Notes under the pieces: model-generated | Database searches by the model: none | What the model was told of the DNA's origin: nothing | The model's input: the letters and a program-made list of their open reading frames with translations, nothing else | Made by a program: the position numbers and the translations under genes | Source of the DNA: Candidatus Woesearchaeota archaeon | GTDB taxonomy: Archaea > Nanobdellota > Nanobdellia > SCGC-AAA011-G17 > JACPIM01 | Direction of reading: 5' to 3' | Assembly (NCBI GenBank): GCA_018302125.1 | Contig: JAGWAC010000003.1 | Coordinates: 2,206 to 66,205, forward strand | DNA: 64,000 nt | Shown: positions 31,951-41,912 of the stretch, one piece after another | How the letters are laid out: each line of letters opens with the position of its first letter | Numbering within the stretch: the first letter of the stretch is position 1

Positions 31951-32913
31951 ATGTCAAAATGGCATCATCCAAGACGGGGAAGTTTACAAGTCTGGCCTAG
32001 AAAGAGGTCTCAAAAACCATATTCAAGAATACATAATTGGGTGAAGAAAGAAGAATTAAAATTATTGGGCTTTATTGGCTATAAAGTGGGCATGTCTCAT
32101 GCAATGGTCAAAGACAATACCCCAAATTCTATAACAAAAAATCAAATTATCTCAATCCCGATTACAATCCTTGAGTGCCCCCCTTTAAAAGCTCTTTCTT
32201 TAAGATTTTACAAACAAAATTTTGATGGCTTAAAAGTTCTCTCAGAAGTTTTTTCAAAAAATATTGATAAAGAATTAAAAAGAAAAACAAAATTTTCTAA
32301 AAAAACAACAGAAATACCAAGTGAATTTGATGATGTAAAGTTGGTAGTTTACACAAAGCCATCCTTGACTTCAGTAGAAAGAAAAAAGCCTGAAGTTTTG
32401 GAAATAGCAGCTGGCGGAAAAACACTAAAAGAAAAATTAGAATTTTTAAAGCAATTCCTAGACAAGGAAATTAAAATATCCGATGTTTTTAAAAATAACC
32501 AGTTAATAGATGTTCATGGCGTAACAAAAGGCAAGGGTTTCCAAGGCACAATTAAAAGATTCGGTGTAAAAAGATTAAGTCATAAATCAAAGAAAAAAGT
32601 AAGGGGTATTGGAACACCTGGCCCATGGAATCCTTCTAAAGTTAGATACTCTGTCCCAAATACAGGTAAAATGGGTTATCATAAAAGAACTGAATATAAC
32701 AAATTAATATTAAAAATAAATAATAATGTCAAAGAAGTAAATCCAGTTTCTGGTTTTCTTAAATATGGTTTAATAAAAAATGATTATATTTTTGTAAAAG
32801 GCTCATTGCCAGGAGTAAGAAAGAGACCAATAGTATTGACAGAAGCAATAAGGCCGAGAAAAAGAACAGAATTATTTGAAATAACAAATGTAAATTTAAA
32901 GGTTAAAGAATGA
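31951..32913 (+). CDS. rpl3: 50S ribosomal protein L3
   Basis: MSKWHHPRRGSLQ... archaeal uL3 signature. Confidence 0.95.
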   Translation: MSKWHHPRRGSLQVWPRKRSQKPYSRIHNWVKKEELKLLGFIGYKVGMSHAMVKDNTPNSITKNQIISIPITILECPPLKALSLRFYKQNFDGLKVLSEVFSKNIDKELKRKTKFSKKTTEIPSEFDDVKLVVYTKPSLTSVERKKPEVLEIAAGGKTLKEKLEFLKQFLDKEIKISDVFKNNQLIDVHGVTKGKGFQGTIKRFGVKRLSHKSKKKVRGIGTPGPWNPSKVRYSVPNTGKMGYHKRTEYNKLILKINNNVKEVNPVSGFLKYGLIKNDYIFVKGSLPGVRKRPIVLTEAIRPRKRTELFEITNVNLKVKE

Positions 32914-33740
32914 AAGCAGATGTATATAATATAGACGGAAATAAGTCAGGATCAGTAGATTTGCCTAATCAGTTTAATGAGCCTTTAAGAAAAGATTTAA
33001 TTCAAAGAGCTTTTTTGGCAATAAGATCAAATAAAAAACAGCCTTATGGTTCTTACCCAAAAGCTGGCCAGAGAGTTTCAGCAAAATTATCAAGAAGAAG
33101 ACGTAAATTCAAAGGCGCTTATGGTAAAGGAATTTCCAGATCAGCAAGAAAAACAATATGGAGAAGAGGTAGTCAATTTGGTTGGGTAGGTGCATTTGCC
33201 CCAGGAACATATAAAGGTAGAAGAGCTCACCCCCCAAAAGCTTACAAAGACTATTCTGAGAAAATAAATAAAAAAGAAAATAAAAAAGCAATAAGATCAG
33301 CATTAGGCGCAGTTGCAAATGAAAATTTGGTAAAAGAAAGGGGCCATTTAATTAAAAATTTGCCTTTGATAATTGATAATAAAATATATGAAATTAAAAA
33401 AACAAAAGATCTTATAAAATTCTTGGAAAAAATTGGTTTAGAAAATGAGCTCCAGAGATTAAAAACAAGAAAAGTAAAAGCAGGACAAGGCTCTAAAAGA
33501 GGAAGAAAATACAAAAATAAAAAAGGCCCATTGTTTGTAATTGGTAAAAAAAATAATGTCTCAAAGATATTATCCTCAATAAGGGGGATTGATTGTGCTT
33601 TAATAAATAATATAAATGTAGAATTATTGGCCCCTGGTGGAGTTCCGGGTCGTTTAACACTTTTCACAAAAGATGCAATTGATGTTTTAAAAGAAAAAAA
33701 ATTATTTGAAAATATAAAACAGGAAAAGAAGATAAAGTAA
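32910..33740 (+). CDS. rpl4: 50S ribosomal protein L4
   Basis: archaeal uL4 motifs (DLIQRAF...QPYG...AHPPK). Confidence 0.9.
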   Translation: MKADVYNIDGNKSGSVDLPNQFNEPLRKDLIQRAFLAIRSNKKQPYGSYPKAGQRVSAKLSRRRRKFKGAYGKGISRSARKTIWRRGSQFGWVGAFAPGTYKGRRAHPPKAYKDYSEKINKKENKKAIRSALGAVANENLVKERGHLIKNLPLIIDNKIYEIKKTKDLIKFLEKIGLENELQRLKTRKVKAGQGSKRGRKYKNKKGPLFVIGKKNNVSKILSSIRGIDCALINNINVELLAPGGVPGRLTLFTKDAIDVLKEKKLFENIKQEKKIK

Positions 33741-33741
33741 A

Positions 33742-33999
33742 ATGGAAAGCTATGAAGTTATCAAATACCCTATAGCAACTGAAAAATGTTTCAAATTAAT
33801 GGAAACAGAAAATAAAGTTGTTTTCATAGTAGATAGAAAAGCAAAAAAGCCAGAAATAAAAAAGGCAGTTGAAGAAATGTTTAATGTAAAAGTTCAAAAA
33901 ATAAACACCTTAATCTGTGTAGAAGGAAAAAAAGCTTTTGTAAAGCTTCATAAAGATAATAATGCCATTGATGTTGCAACAAAATTAGGATTAATGTAA
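33742..33999 (+). CDS. rpl23: 50S ribosomal protein L23
   Basis: uL23 pattern (VIKYPIATEK...EIKKAVEEMFNVKV). Confidence 0.9.
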   Translation: MESYEVIKYPIATEKCFKLMETENKVVFIVDRKAKKPEIKKAVEEMFNVKVQKINTLICVEGKKAFVKLHKDNNAIDVATKLGLM

Positions 34000-34000
34000 A

Positions 34001-34342
34001 ATGATAGAATTTTTTAAAAAAACAGAATTGAAGAAAGGATCTACTTACAATACAGAGTTCTTTCCAGATAAAGTAATTTTAGAATCATTCAAATATTTAG
34101 GTCAATCAAATAGAACTCATGTCTTTGAAGGAAAAATAGAAATTAAAACTGGAGTTCCAATAGCTGAAGGTTTTATTTTACTTGAGGATCATTGGATGAT
34201 GGAAATAGATGGCGTTATAACTTATAAACCAATTTCGTCCTTTGCAATGGAATGGCATAGAAAAGAAGATATTGAAAAGGAAGCGCCAGAAGTAAAATCA
34301 AGATTAATAAAAATATTAGCAGAAGTAGGGACCCAAGTATAA
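34001..34342 (+). CDS. hypothetical protein inserted between rpl23 and rpl2
   Basis: 113 aa ORF, stop/start abutting both flanking r-protein genes; possible cupin-like beta motifs; no known r-protein signature. Confidence 0.5.
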   Translation: MIEFFKKTELKKGSTYNTEFFPDKVILESFKYLGQSNRTHVFEGKIEIKTGVPIAEGFILLEDHWMMEIDGVITYKPISSFAMEWHRKEDIEKEAPEVKSRLIKILAEVGTQV

Positions 34343-34343
34343 A

Positions 34344-35066
34344 ATGGGAAAGAGAATAATTATCAGAAGACGTGGACGCGGAACGCCAGTTTATAGAGCC
34401 CGCTCTAATCATTTCAAGGCAGAAGTAAGATACAGGAAATTTGATCAAGTAGAAAAATCAGGAAAAGTAATTGGCAGAGTAGTTGATTTAGTAAAATGCC
34501 CTGGTCATACAGCCCCATTAGCAAAAATAAAATTTCAAAATAATGAAGATGCATACATGTTGGCTCCTTTAAATTTAAAAGTTAATGATCTAATAGAATC
34601 AGGTTCTTTGTCTTCAGTAAATAATGGAAATATTTTGCCTTTAAAACAAATTCCAGAAGGAACTTTAGTATATAATATAGAAAGTTTTCCAGGTGATGGG
34701 GGAAAATTCTGCAGAGCAGCTGGAAATTTTGCAAAAATAATTTCATCAACAAAAGATTCAATTTTAATAGAGCTTCCTTCAAAAAAACAAAGAAAATTCA
34801 TTCCAGACTGCAGGGCAACAATTGGAATTTTATCAGGGCATGGGCGTAAAGATAAACCATTTGTAAAAGCAGGAAAAAGATGGCATTATATGAGAGCAAG
34901 AGGAAAAGTTTATCCTCAAACTTCAGCAGTAGCTATGAATGCATTAAATCATCCTTATGGTTCTGGTAGAGGCAGAAAACATGCTAAGATTAAAGTAGTC
35001 TCAAGAAATGCTCCACCAGGAAGAAAAGTAGGTAAAGTAGCTGCAAGAAGAACTGGTAGAAAGTAA
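34344..35066 (+). CDS. rpl2: 50S ribosomal protein L2
   Basis: uL2 signatures (RGRGTP, HPYGSGRG). Confidence 0.95.
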   Translation: MGKRIIIRRRGRGTPVYRARSNHFKAEVRYRKFDQVEKSGKVIGRVVDLVKCPGHTAPLAKIKFQNNEDAYMLAPLNLKVNDLIESGSLSSVNNGNILPLKQIPEGTLVYNIESFPGDGGKFCRAAGNFAKIISSTKDSILIELPSKKQRKFIPDCRATIGILSGHGRKDKPFVKAGKRWHYMRARGKVYPQTSAVAMNALNHPYGSGRGRKHAKIKVVSRNAPPGRKVGKVAARRTGRK

Positions 35067-35067
35067 A

Positions 35068-35466
35068 ATGGCAAAAGAAGCATTATACAAAGGTAAAAAT
35101 GAAAAAGAATTGAAAGACATGTCAATGAATGACTTTATACTAATTACAACATCAAGACCAAGAAGAGCATTAAAGAGAGGTCTTCCAGAAGCACATAAAA
35201 GATTAGTTGAAAAAGTAAAAAAATTCAAACAAGGAAAAGTAAAAAAAATTGTGAAAACACATTGTAGGGATATGATAGTTATACCTGAATTTTTGGGAGT
35301 TACAATTCATGTTTATAGTGGAAGGGAATTTGTTCCTGTTCCAATTACAGTTGAAAAATTAGGCCATGCATTAGGCGAATTTGTTTTAACAAGACACAAA
35401 GTACAGCACTCCGCACCAGGAGTTGGAGCAACAAGATCAAGCGCAGGAGCTTCACCTAAGAAATAA
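35068..35466 (+). CDS. rps19: 30S ribosomal protein S19
   Basis: uS19 motifs (THCRDMIV, VYSGREF, GATRSS). Confidence 0.9.
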   Translation: MAKEALYKGKNEKELKDMSMNDFILITTSRPRRALKRGLPEAHKRLVEKVKKFKQGKVKKIVKTHCRDMIVIPEFLGVTIHVYSGREFVPVPITVEKLGHALGEFVLTRHKVQHSAPGVGATRSSAGASPKK

Positions 35467-35472
35467 AGAAAA

Positions 35473-35913
35473 ATGGAAGAAAAAGATTTAGTAAAAGTAT
35501 CTGGATTCAATTTGCCTATTTCAACAAAGCATGCAATTGAACTTTGTTCATATATAAAAGGCAAGGAAGTCTCAAAAATAAAAGATACTTTGAATAAAGT
35601 AATTCAGGAAAAAACAGTAATCAAATTAAGAAGATTTTACCATAAAAGAGGTCATAAAAAAGGACATTTAGGTCCTGGTTTTTACCCAAAGAAAGCATCA
35701 ATGCATTTCCTTCAGTTGCTTCAGACTTTGGAAGGCAATGCAAAAAATAAGGGTCTCAACTCAGAATTATTGAAAATAGAAAAAGCAATTACAAATCAAG
35801 CCTCATTGTCTTGGCATTATAGTAGGCATAGGGGAAGGAGACAAAAAAGAACAAATGTGGAAATTTATGCATCAGAAAAATCAAAAAATAAAACTAAGGA
35901 AATTAAGAAATGA
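35473..35913 (+). CDS. rpl22: 50S ribosomal protein L22
   Basis: uL22 N-terminal pattern (GFNLPISTKHAIELC). Confidence 0.85.
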   Translation: MEEKDLVKVSGFNLPISTKHAIELCSYIKGKEVSKIKDTLNKVIQEKTVIKLRRFYHKRGHKKGHLGPGFYPKKASMHFLQLLQTLEGNAKNKGLNSELLKIEKAITNQASLSWHYSRHRGRRQKRTNVEIYASEKSKNKTKEIKK

Positions 35914-36665
35914 TAGAAAAGCAATTTGTTAATCAGAAAATAAAGGAATTCCAGATCCAGGAATACATTAAAGAAGAATTTAGCGGAACTGGATTCTCTC
36001 ATATAGATATTCAGAGAACTCCCTTGGGTGAAAAAGTAATTATTTACACAACTCGCCCAGGATTGGTTGTTGGTAAAAAAGGGGAAAACATCAGGAAATT
36101 AACAATTGTTCTTAAGAAAAAATTCAATATGGAGAATCCTCAAATTGAAATTGGTGAATTGCAAAATCCAATGCTTGATGCAAATTTTATTGCAGATAGA
36201 ATTAGTTCAACTTTAGTAAGGTTTGGCTCCAAGAGATTTAAGTCAGTGGGATACAAAACATTGCAAGACATAATCAATGCAGGTGCTTTGGGAGCAGAAA
36301 TAGTTATTTCAGGAAAAGTTCCAAGTGCAAGATCAAGAAGATGGAGATTCAAGGCAGGACACTTAAAAAAATCTGGTTATATTGCATCAGACAAAGTAAA
36401 AAAAGCAATAACTCAGGCAAAATTGAAGTCAGGAATAATCGGAATAAAAATAAGTATAATGACTCCAGATATAATATTGCCTGATAAAATTTTGGTTTTA
36501 AATAAAGAAATGGAATTAGTCGAGAAAAAACCCGAAGAAATTCCAAAAGAAACTCCAGAAAAAGAAATAAAAGAAGAGCCTAAGAAAAAAATGGTGAAAA
36601 AAACAAAAGAAAAAACTGAGGAAGAAAAAGTTCCTGAAGAAAAAATAGAAAATGAAAATAAATGA
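35910..36665 (+). CDS. rps3: 30S ribosomal protein S3 with K/E-rich C-terminal tail
   Basis: KH-domain uS3 signature (HIDIQRTPLGEKVIIYT...GKKGENI); ~45 aa lysine/glutamate tail. Confidence 0.9.
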   Translation: MIEKQFVNQKIKEFQIQEYIKEEFSGTGFSHIDIQRTPLGEKVIIYTTRPGLVVGKKGENIRKLTIVLKKKFNMENPQIEIGELQNPMLDANFIADRISSTLVRFGSKRFKSVGYKTLQDIINAGALGAEIVISGKVPSARSRRWRFKAGHLKKSGYIASDKVKKAITQAKLKSGIIGIKISIMTPDIILPDKILVLNKEMELVEKKPEEIPKETPEKEIKEEPKKKMVKKTKEKTEEEKVPEEKIENENK

Positions 36666-36873
36666 ATTAAGAGAAATTGGCAAGGAAAATTTAAAATCCA
36701 AATTAGTTGAACTTAAAAAAGAATTAATTGTTTTAAATGCAAAAAGGGCGCGTGGAACAACATTGGAAAAGCCAGCCCTAATAAGAAATACAAGAAGAAC
36801 AATTGCAAGGATATTAACATTAATGAATTCAAAAAATCAGACCCAGTCTGTGGAGGTTGTTAAAAAGAAATGA
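36652..36873 (+). CDS. rpl29: 50S ribosomal protein L29
   Basis: uL29 pattern ([13 protein letters not shown]...LNAKRARG). Confidence 0.85.
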   Translation: MKINELREIGKENLKSKLVELKKELIVLNAKRARGTTLEKPALIRNTRRTIARILTLMNSKNQTQSVEVVKKK

Positions 36874-37178
36874 ACGAAATTTGTTCAAAATGTGGTTTAC
36901 CAAAGGACCTTTGTGTCTGTCAAACAATAGCTAAAGAAGGTCAGAGAATAAAAATCAAAACAGAAAAAAGAAAATTCGGAAAATTAATTACAGTTGTTTA
37001 CGGAATCAACAAAAAGGAAATTGACCTTAAAGAATTGGCTAAAAAATTAAAATCAAAATTCGCATGTGGGGGAACAGTTAAAGGAGATACAATTGAATTA
37101 CAAGGAGAACACGCAGAAAAGACAAAGGAAGAACTCGTTCGTTTGGGTTTTTCACCAGAGTCTATAGAAACAAATTAA
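36870..37178 (+). CDS. sui1: translation initiation factor SUI1/eIF1 homolog
   Basis: [13 protein letters not shown]...ACGGTVK...IELQGEH SUI1 signature. Confidence 0.85.
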   Translation: MNEICSKCGLPKDLCVCQTIAKEGQRIKIKTEKRKFGKLITVVYGINKKEIDLKELAKKLKSKFACGGTVKGDTIELQGEHAEKTKEELVRLGFSPESIETN

Positions 37179-37179
37179 C

Positions 37180-37437
37180 ATGAACTTAAAAGATTTTTTA
37201 AGGCATGAGCTGATAGGTTTGAAAATGGAAGTAATAGAATCAAAAAACAAGAACTTGATAGGAATTCAGGGAACAATAATAGATGAAACAAAAAACACTT
37301 TGATAGTTAAAACTCCTGAAAAAAATGTAACTCTATTAAAAGACCAGGTAACATTAAGAATTTTCAAGGATAATCACGAAATAAAGGTAAATGGAGAGCT
37401 TTTGGTTGGAAGACCAGAAGACAGGTTGAAAAAATGA
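37180..37437 (+). CDS. rnp1: RNase P protein component 1 (Rpp29/Pop4)
   Basis: ELIGLKMEV...GTIIDETKNTL...GRPEDRL Rpp29 pattern; canonical position between rpl29/sui1 and rps17. Confidence 0.75.
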   Translation: MNLKDFLRHELIGLKMEVIESKNKNLIGIQGTIIDETKNTLIVKTPEKNVTLLKDQVTLRIFKDNHEIKVNGELLVGRPEDRLKK

Positions 37438-37772
37438 AGAAGCAGGATATATCAAACACAGGAATTAATTTGAAATTACCTAGCAAAAGCTGTGATGACA
37501 ATCATTGTCCTTTCCATAAAGGCCTAAAAATAAGAGGAAATTTTTTCACAGGAAAAGTTACAAAAATTAGTTCACAAAAAACAGCTCATGTTGAATTCCC
37601 TAGGTTATTTTACTTGCAGAAATATGAAAGATTTGAAAAAAGAAAATCAAGAATTCACGTTCACTCTACCCCATGCATTGACATCAAAGTTGGTGATGTG
37701 GTAAAAATCATGGAATGTAGACCAATATCAAAAATGAAAAATTTTGTAATTATAGAAAATGAAAGCACTTAA
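37434..37772 (+). CDS. rps17: 30S ribosomal protein S17
   Basis: uS17 OB-fold pattern (VGDVVKIMECRPISKMKNF). Confidence 0.9.
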   Translation: MKKQDISNTGINLKLPSKSCDDNHCPFHKGLKIRGNFFTGKVTKISSQKTAHVEFPRLFYLQKYERFEKRKSRIHVHSTPCIDIKVGDVVKIMECRPISKMKNFVIIENEST

Positions 37773-38160
37773 AGCAAGAATAACAAAAGGCCTTAATCAT
37801 GGCTCAGTAGTGGAAACCTGTGATAATTCAGGCGCTAAAATAGTTAGAGTAGTATCAATTAAAGGATCAAAAACAGTAAGGAGAAGAAAACCTTCCTGTG
37901 GAATTTCAGATTTAATTTTAGTTTCAGTATTAAAAGGCCAGACAGAAATGAGAAAACAGGTTGTCCCAGCAATTGTTGTTAGGCAAAAAAAAGAATACAG
38001 AAGAAAAGATGGCACAAGAATAAAATTTGCAGATAATGCAGTCATTATATTAAAAGATGAAAAGGGAAATCCAAAAGGAACAATGTTCAAAGGACCTATT
38101 GCTAAGGAGGTAGCTGAAAGATGGCCTGCTGTTGCCAAAGTTGCCAGCATAGTTGTATAA
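37759..38160 (+). CDS. rpl14: 50S ribosomal protein L14
   Basis: uL14 signature (VETCDNSGAK...GPIAKE). Confidence 0.9.
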   Translation: MKALKARITKGLNHGSVVETCDNSGAKIVRVVSIKGSKTVRRRKPSCGISDLILVSVLKGQTEMRKQVVPAIVVRQKKEYRRKDGTRIKFADNAVIILKDEKGNPKGTMFKGPIAKEVAERWPAVAKVASIVV

Positions 38161-38551
38161 AATGAGAAAAGCATTTTCAAAAAAATGGATTTCAAGTAAG
38201 CAGCCTAGAAAGCAGAGAAAATACAATGCTAATTCCCCATTTAATATAAGGCAGAAATTAATGTCAGCACATTTGTCTGAAGAATTGATTAAAAAATACA
38301 AGAGAAGAAATATCTCAGTAAAAAAAGGAGATAAAATAATTATAATGCGCGGTCAGTTTAAGGGAAAATTAGGATTAATCAATAAAGTAAACCTAAGAAA
38401 ATTAAGAATCTATGTTGACGGAGCTGAAATAGCTAAGAAAGATGGAACTAAATCATTTTACCCAATTCATCCTTCAAATGTACTTATTAAAGAATTAAAT
38501 TTAGAAGATAAAGAAAGGAAAAAATCAGTTGAAAGGTTAATAACAAAATGA
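38153..38551 (+). CDS. rpl24: 50S ribosomal protein L24
   Basis: KOW motif (VKKGDKIIIMRGQFKGKLG), PIHPSNV. Confidence 0.9.
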   Translation: MYKMRKAFSKKWISSKQPRKQRKYNANSPFNIRQKLMSAHLSEELIKKYKRRNISVKKGDKIIIMRGQFKGKLGLINKVNLRKLRIYVDGAEIAKKDGTKSFYPIHPSNVLIKELNLEDKERKKSVERLITK

Positions 38552-39219
38552 CACATCTAAAAAGAATTAATGTACCAAGTACATGGCCTGTTGAAAGGAA
38601 ATCAACAAAATTTATTACAAAACCTTCACCAGGGCCTCATAGATTAGAAGAAAGTATGCCTTTGGGTGTAATACTTAGGGAAATATTAAAATTAGGTAAA
38701 GAAAAAAGAGAAATAAAAATAATTTTAAACGACAATAAAGTTCTTGTAAATAATAAAATAAGAAAAAAATTCGATTTTCCAGTTGGAATTCTTGATACAT
38801 TGTCTATCCCAGATATAAGTAAGTTCTACAAATTAGTTTATTCAACAAAAGGAAGATTAATATTAAAAGAAATAAATAAAGAAGAAAGCAATTACAAAAT
38901 ATGCAAAATAATTGGAAAAACAATTCTAAAGAAGAAAAAAATACAGCTAAATTTCTATAATGGTGAAAATCTGGTTATAGATAAAGACATCTATAAAGTT
39001 CGTGATTCAGTTATTCTTAAGGATAATAAAATTGTAAAGCATTTGCAATTTGAAAAAAATGCCTTAATTTATTTAACAGGCGGCAAACATATTGGAAATA
39101 AAGGAATTTTAGTTGATATTAAAAAAGCTCCAGGATTTTCAAAGGATATTGTTGTATTTAAAATTGATAATAAACTGCATGAAACTTTAGCAGATTATTC
39201 ATTCATATTGGAAAAATGA
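38548..39219 (+). CDS. rps4e: 30S ribosomal protein S4e
   Basis: HLKRINVPSTWPVERK...PSPGPH eS4 N-terminal signature. Confidence 0.9.
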   Translation: MTHLKRINVPSTWPVERKSTKFITKPSPGPHRLEESMPLGVILREILKLGKEKREIKIILNDNKVLVNNKIRKKFDFPVGILDTLSIPDISKFYKLVYSTKGRLILKEINKEESNYKICKIIGKTILKKKKIQLNFYNGENLVIDKDIYKVRDSVILKDNKIVKHLQFEKNALIYLTGGKHIGNKGILVDIKKAPGFSKDIVVFKIDNKLHETLADYSFILEK

Positions 39220-39722
39220 ACAAGATGAAAGAAATTAGGATAGCGAAAGTAACCTTGAATATAGGTACTGGTGGACCAGGTGAAAGATTAGAAAAAGGTC
39301 TTAAATTATTAAATAAAATTTCAGATATGAAACCAGTTCCAACAACTACCCAAAAAAGAATTCCTACTTGGGATATACGTCCCGGATTGCAGATAGGTTG
39401 TAAAGTTACTATAAGAGGGAAAAAAGCTGAAGAATTATTAGGTAGACTATTAGCAGCAAATGAAGAAAAAATGTCTTCAGTAAAATTTGACAATCAAGGC
39501 AATTTCTCATTTGGAATTGAAGAATATATTGATATTCAAGGATTGCAATATGATGCTTCAATCGGAATTATTGGTTTTGATGTTTCAGTAACCCTGGAAA
39601 GACCAGGTTTCAGAATTAAAAAAAGGGCAATAATGAAAAGAAAAATCCCAATAAAGCATAGAATAACAAAGCAGGAAGCTATTGAATTCATAAATAAAAA
39701 ATATTCATTAAAGGTTTCATAA
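39216..39722 (+). CDS. rpl5: 50S ribosomal protein L5
   Basis: uL5 pattern (IAKVTLNIG...[12 protein letters not shown]). Confidence 0.9.
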   Translation: MNKMKEIRIAKVTLNIGTGGPGERLEKGLKLLNKISDMKPVPTTTQKRIPTWDIRPGLQIGCKVTIRGKKAEELLGRLLAANEEKMSSVKFDNQGNFSFGIEEYIDIQGLQYDASIGIIGFDVSVTLERPGFRIKKRAIMKRKIPIKHRITKQEAIEFINKKYSLKVS

Positions 39723-39952
39723 TGACAACAAGCAATTACAAAAAAGTATTTAAGCAATTGAAGAACAAGCCAGCAAAATTAAACAAGTTCATAAAGCACA
39801 ATGCTCCTAAAAAAAGAACAGTTGGAGAAATGTTGCATAAATGTAGAAGATGTGGAAGAACTGGAGCTCATATCAGCAAATATGGATTGAATTTGTGCAG
39901 ACAATGTTTCAGGGAAATAGCCCGGGATATAGGATTTAAAAAATACAGCTAA
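39722..39952 (+). CDS. rps14: 30S ribosomal protein S14 (zinc-binding type)
   Basis: [22 protein letters not shown] zinc ribbon. Confidence 0.85.
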   Translation: MTTSNYKKVFKQLKNKPAKLNKFIKHNAPKKRTVGEMLHKCRRCGRTGAHISKYGLNLCRQCFREIARDIGFKKYS

Positions 39953-39953
39953 A

Positions 39954-40346
39954 ATGTCAATGAACGATACATTATCAACTGCGCTGTCAAATATTTTAAA
40001 CGCAGGAAAAGTTGGAAAACAATCTTGTATAGTTAAACCTATTTCAAAAATAATCAAAGTAGTTTTTGAAATTATGAAAAATAGTAATTTCTTGGGTAAT
40101 ATAGAATATACTGAAAACATTAAGGGCGGTTCTGCAAAAGTTCATCTTTTGGGTAATATTAATAAATGTGGTTCTATAAAGCCAAGGTATAATATCAAGA
40201 AAACAGATTATGAAAAATTCGAGAAAAGATATCTTCCTGCAAAGGATTTTGGTTTTTTAATAGTTTCAACTTCAAAAGGAGTAATGACTCATTTGGAAGC
40301 AAAGGAGAAGAAATTGGGCGGAAGATTATTGGCTTATTTTTATTAA
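39954..40346 (+). CDS. rps8: 30S ribosomal protein S8
   Basis: uS8 N-terminal DTLSTALSNILNA pattern. Confidence 0.9.
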   Translation: MSMNDTLSTALSNILNAGKVGKQSCIVKPISKIIKVVFEIMKNSNFLGNIEYTENIKGGSAKVHLLGNINKCGSIKPRYNIKKTDYEKFEKRYLPAKDFGFLIVSTSKGVMTHLEAKEKKLGGRLLAYFY

Positions 40347-40347
40347 A

Positions 40348-40896
40348 ATGAAAGGAAAAAAACTTTTTGAAGAAATTGAAATTCCGCAGGGAATAGAAGT
40401 TTCAATAGATGATAATAATTTAAAATTAAAAGGTCCGAAAGGAGAAATTCAGAAAAACTTCACACCATTAAAAGTTGAATTAAAAAAAACAGAGAATAAA
40501 TTAAATTTCTCAGTTCATGGAGTTTCAAGAAAATCTAAGGATTACCTAAATTCTGCAGTTTCTCACTTTGATAATATGATTAAAGGTGTAAAAGAAGGTT
40601 ACACTTACAGATTAAAGATTTGTTCCGGCCATTTTCCTATGAATGTTGCTGTAGATAAAAATAAAATAATAATTAAAAATTTCTTGGGTGAAAAAGTTCC
40701 AAGAGTTGCAGATATAATTGAAAACGTAAATGTAAAAATCAATGGCGACATAATTGTTGTTGAAAGTCTTGATAAAGACAAAGCAGGGCAAGTTAGTGCA
40801 AATATAGAAATCGCAACAAAAATCTCAAATAAAGACAGACGCGTATTCCAGGACGGGATATTTATTACAGAAAAAGCAGGAGAGCCAATTAAATGA
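40348..40896 (+). CDS. rpl6: 50S ribosomal protein L6
   Basis: two uL6 repeats (IPQGIEVSIDDNNLKLKGPKGE...). Confidence 0.9.
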   Translation: MKGKKLFEEIEIPQGIEVSIDDNNLKLKGPKGEIQKNFTPLKVELKKTENKLNFSVHGVSRKSKDYLNSAVSHFDNMIKGVKEGYTYRLKICSGHFPMNVAVDKNKIIIKNFLGEKVPRVADIIENVNVKINGDIIVVESLDKDKAGQVSANIEIATKISNKDRRVFQDGIFITEKAGEPIK

Positions 40897-41459
40897 AATC
40901 AATGCAACAATTATTAGAATTAAGAAAAAAAATTAAGGAGAATAAACCGGAATTCATTAGGCAAGAATATCCTGCTAGAAAAAAATTGGAGAAAATTTGG
41001 AGAAAGCCTAAAGGCATCCATTCCAAGATGAGGGAAAAGAAATTAGGTAAAAGAAAACAGCCTAGTGTCGGTTATAAATCTCCAAGAATGGTTCGTGGTT
41101 TAAGCAGAGAAGGTCTAATCCCGATTTTAGTTTATACATTAAATGACTTGGTAAAAGTAACTAAAAATAATATTGTAATTATAGGAAAAAATGTCGGAAA
41201 CAAAAAAAGAATTGAATTATTGAAAAAAATAAAGGAAAAAGGTTTCAAAATTCAGAACATAAAAAACATAGATGAAAAAATTAGATCATTAACTCAAGAA
41301 TTTGAAAAGAGAATAAAAGAAAAGAAGGAAAGATTAAATGCAAAAGAAAAGAAGCCAGAGAAAAAACCAGAAGTAAAAGAAGAAAAAACAGAAACAGAAG
41401 AGGAAAAGAAGAAAAGAGAACAAGAAGAAAAAAGAAAAGTCTTGGAAGGTAAGAAATGA
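40893..41459 (+). CDS. rpl32e: 50S ribosomal protein L32e with K/E-rich C-terminal extension
   Basis: WRKPKGIHSKMR...VGYKSPRMVRGL eL32 signature; ~50 aa KE-rich tail. Confidence 0.85.
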   Translation: MKSMQQLLELRKKIKENKPEFIRQEYPARKKLEKIWRKPKGIHSKMREKKLGKRKQPSVGYKSPRMVRGLSREGLIPILVYTLNDLVKVTKNNIVIIGKNVGNKKRIELLKKIKEKGFKIQNIKNIDEKIRSLTQEFEKRIKEKKERLNAKEKKPEKKPEVKEEKTETEEEKKKREQEEKRKVLEGKK

Positions 41460-41911
41460 AATTAAATGTCCAGAAAAGGATTGCAGCAAGCTTGTTAAAA
41501 GCTGGTCAAAATAGGGTAGTTTTTGATAATACAAGATTAAATGATATTAAAGAAGCAATCACAAAAGCAGATATTAGAAGATTAATTAATGATGGAGCAA
41601 TAAAAGCAAAACAGAAAAAAGGAATATCATCTTTCAGGACAAACAAATTAAGATTGCAGAAAAGAAAAGGCAAAAGAAAGGGTATTGGTTCAAGAAAAGG
41701 GACAAAAACAGCAAGAACACCAAGAAAGAGAGCATGGATTACAAAAGTAAGGGTTCAAAGAAGATTCATTAAATTATTAAAAATTAAAAAACTAGTTGCT
41801 CCAGAAACTTACACTAAAGTTTACAAGATGATAAAAGGAAACCAATTCAGAAGTAAAAGACACTTAAAATTATATTTAGATGAAAATAATTTGTTTGTAA
41901 AGAAAAAGTAA
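41456..41911 (+). CDS. rpl19e: 50S ribosomal protein L19e
   Basis: MKLNVQKRIAASLLKAG...DIRRLINDG eL19 pattern. Confidence 0.9.
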   Translation: MKLNVQKRIAASLLKAGQNRVVFDNTRLNDIKEAITKADIRRLINDGAIKAKQKKGISSFRTNKLRLQKRKGKRKGIGSRKGTKTARTPRKRAWITKVRVQRRFIKLLKIKKLVAPETYTKVYKMIKGNQFRSKRHLKLYLDENNLFVKKK

Positions 41912-41912
41912 A

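Noticed and set aside
36516-36701. F-rich 61-aa minus ORF
   Set aside because: Antisense of the K/E-rich tail of rps3 (AAG/GAA codons read as TTC/CTT).
41334-41534. F/L-rich 66-aa minus ORF
   Set aside because: Antisense of the K/E-rich tail of rpl32e.
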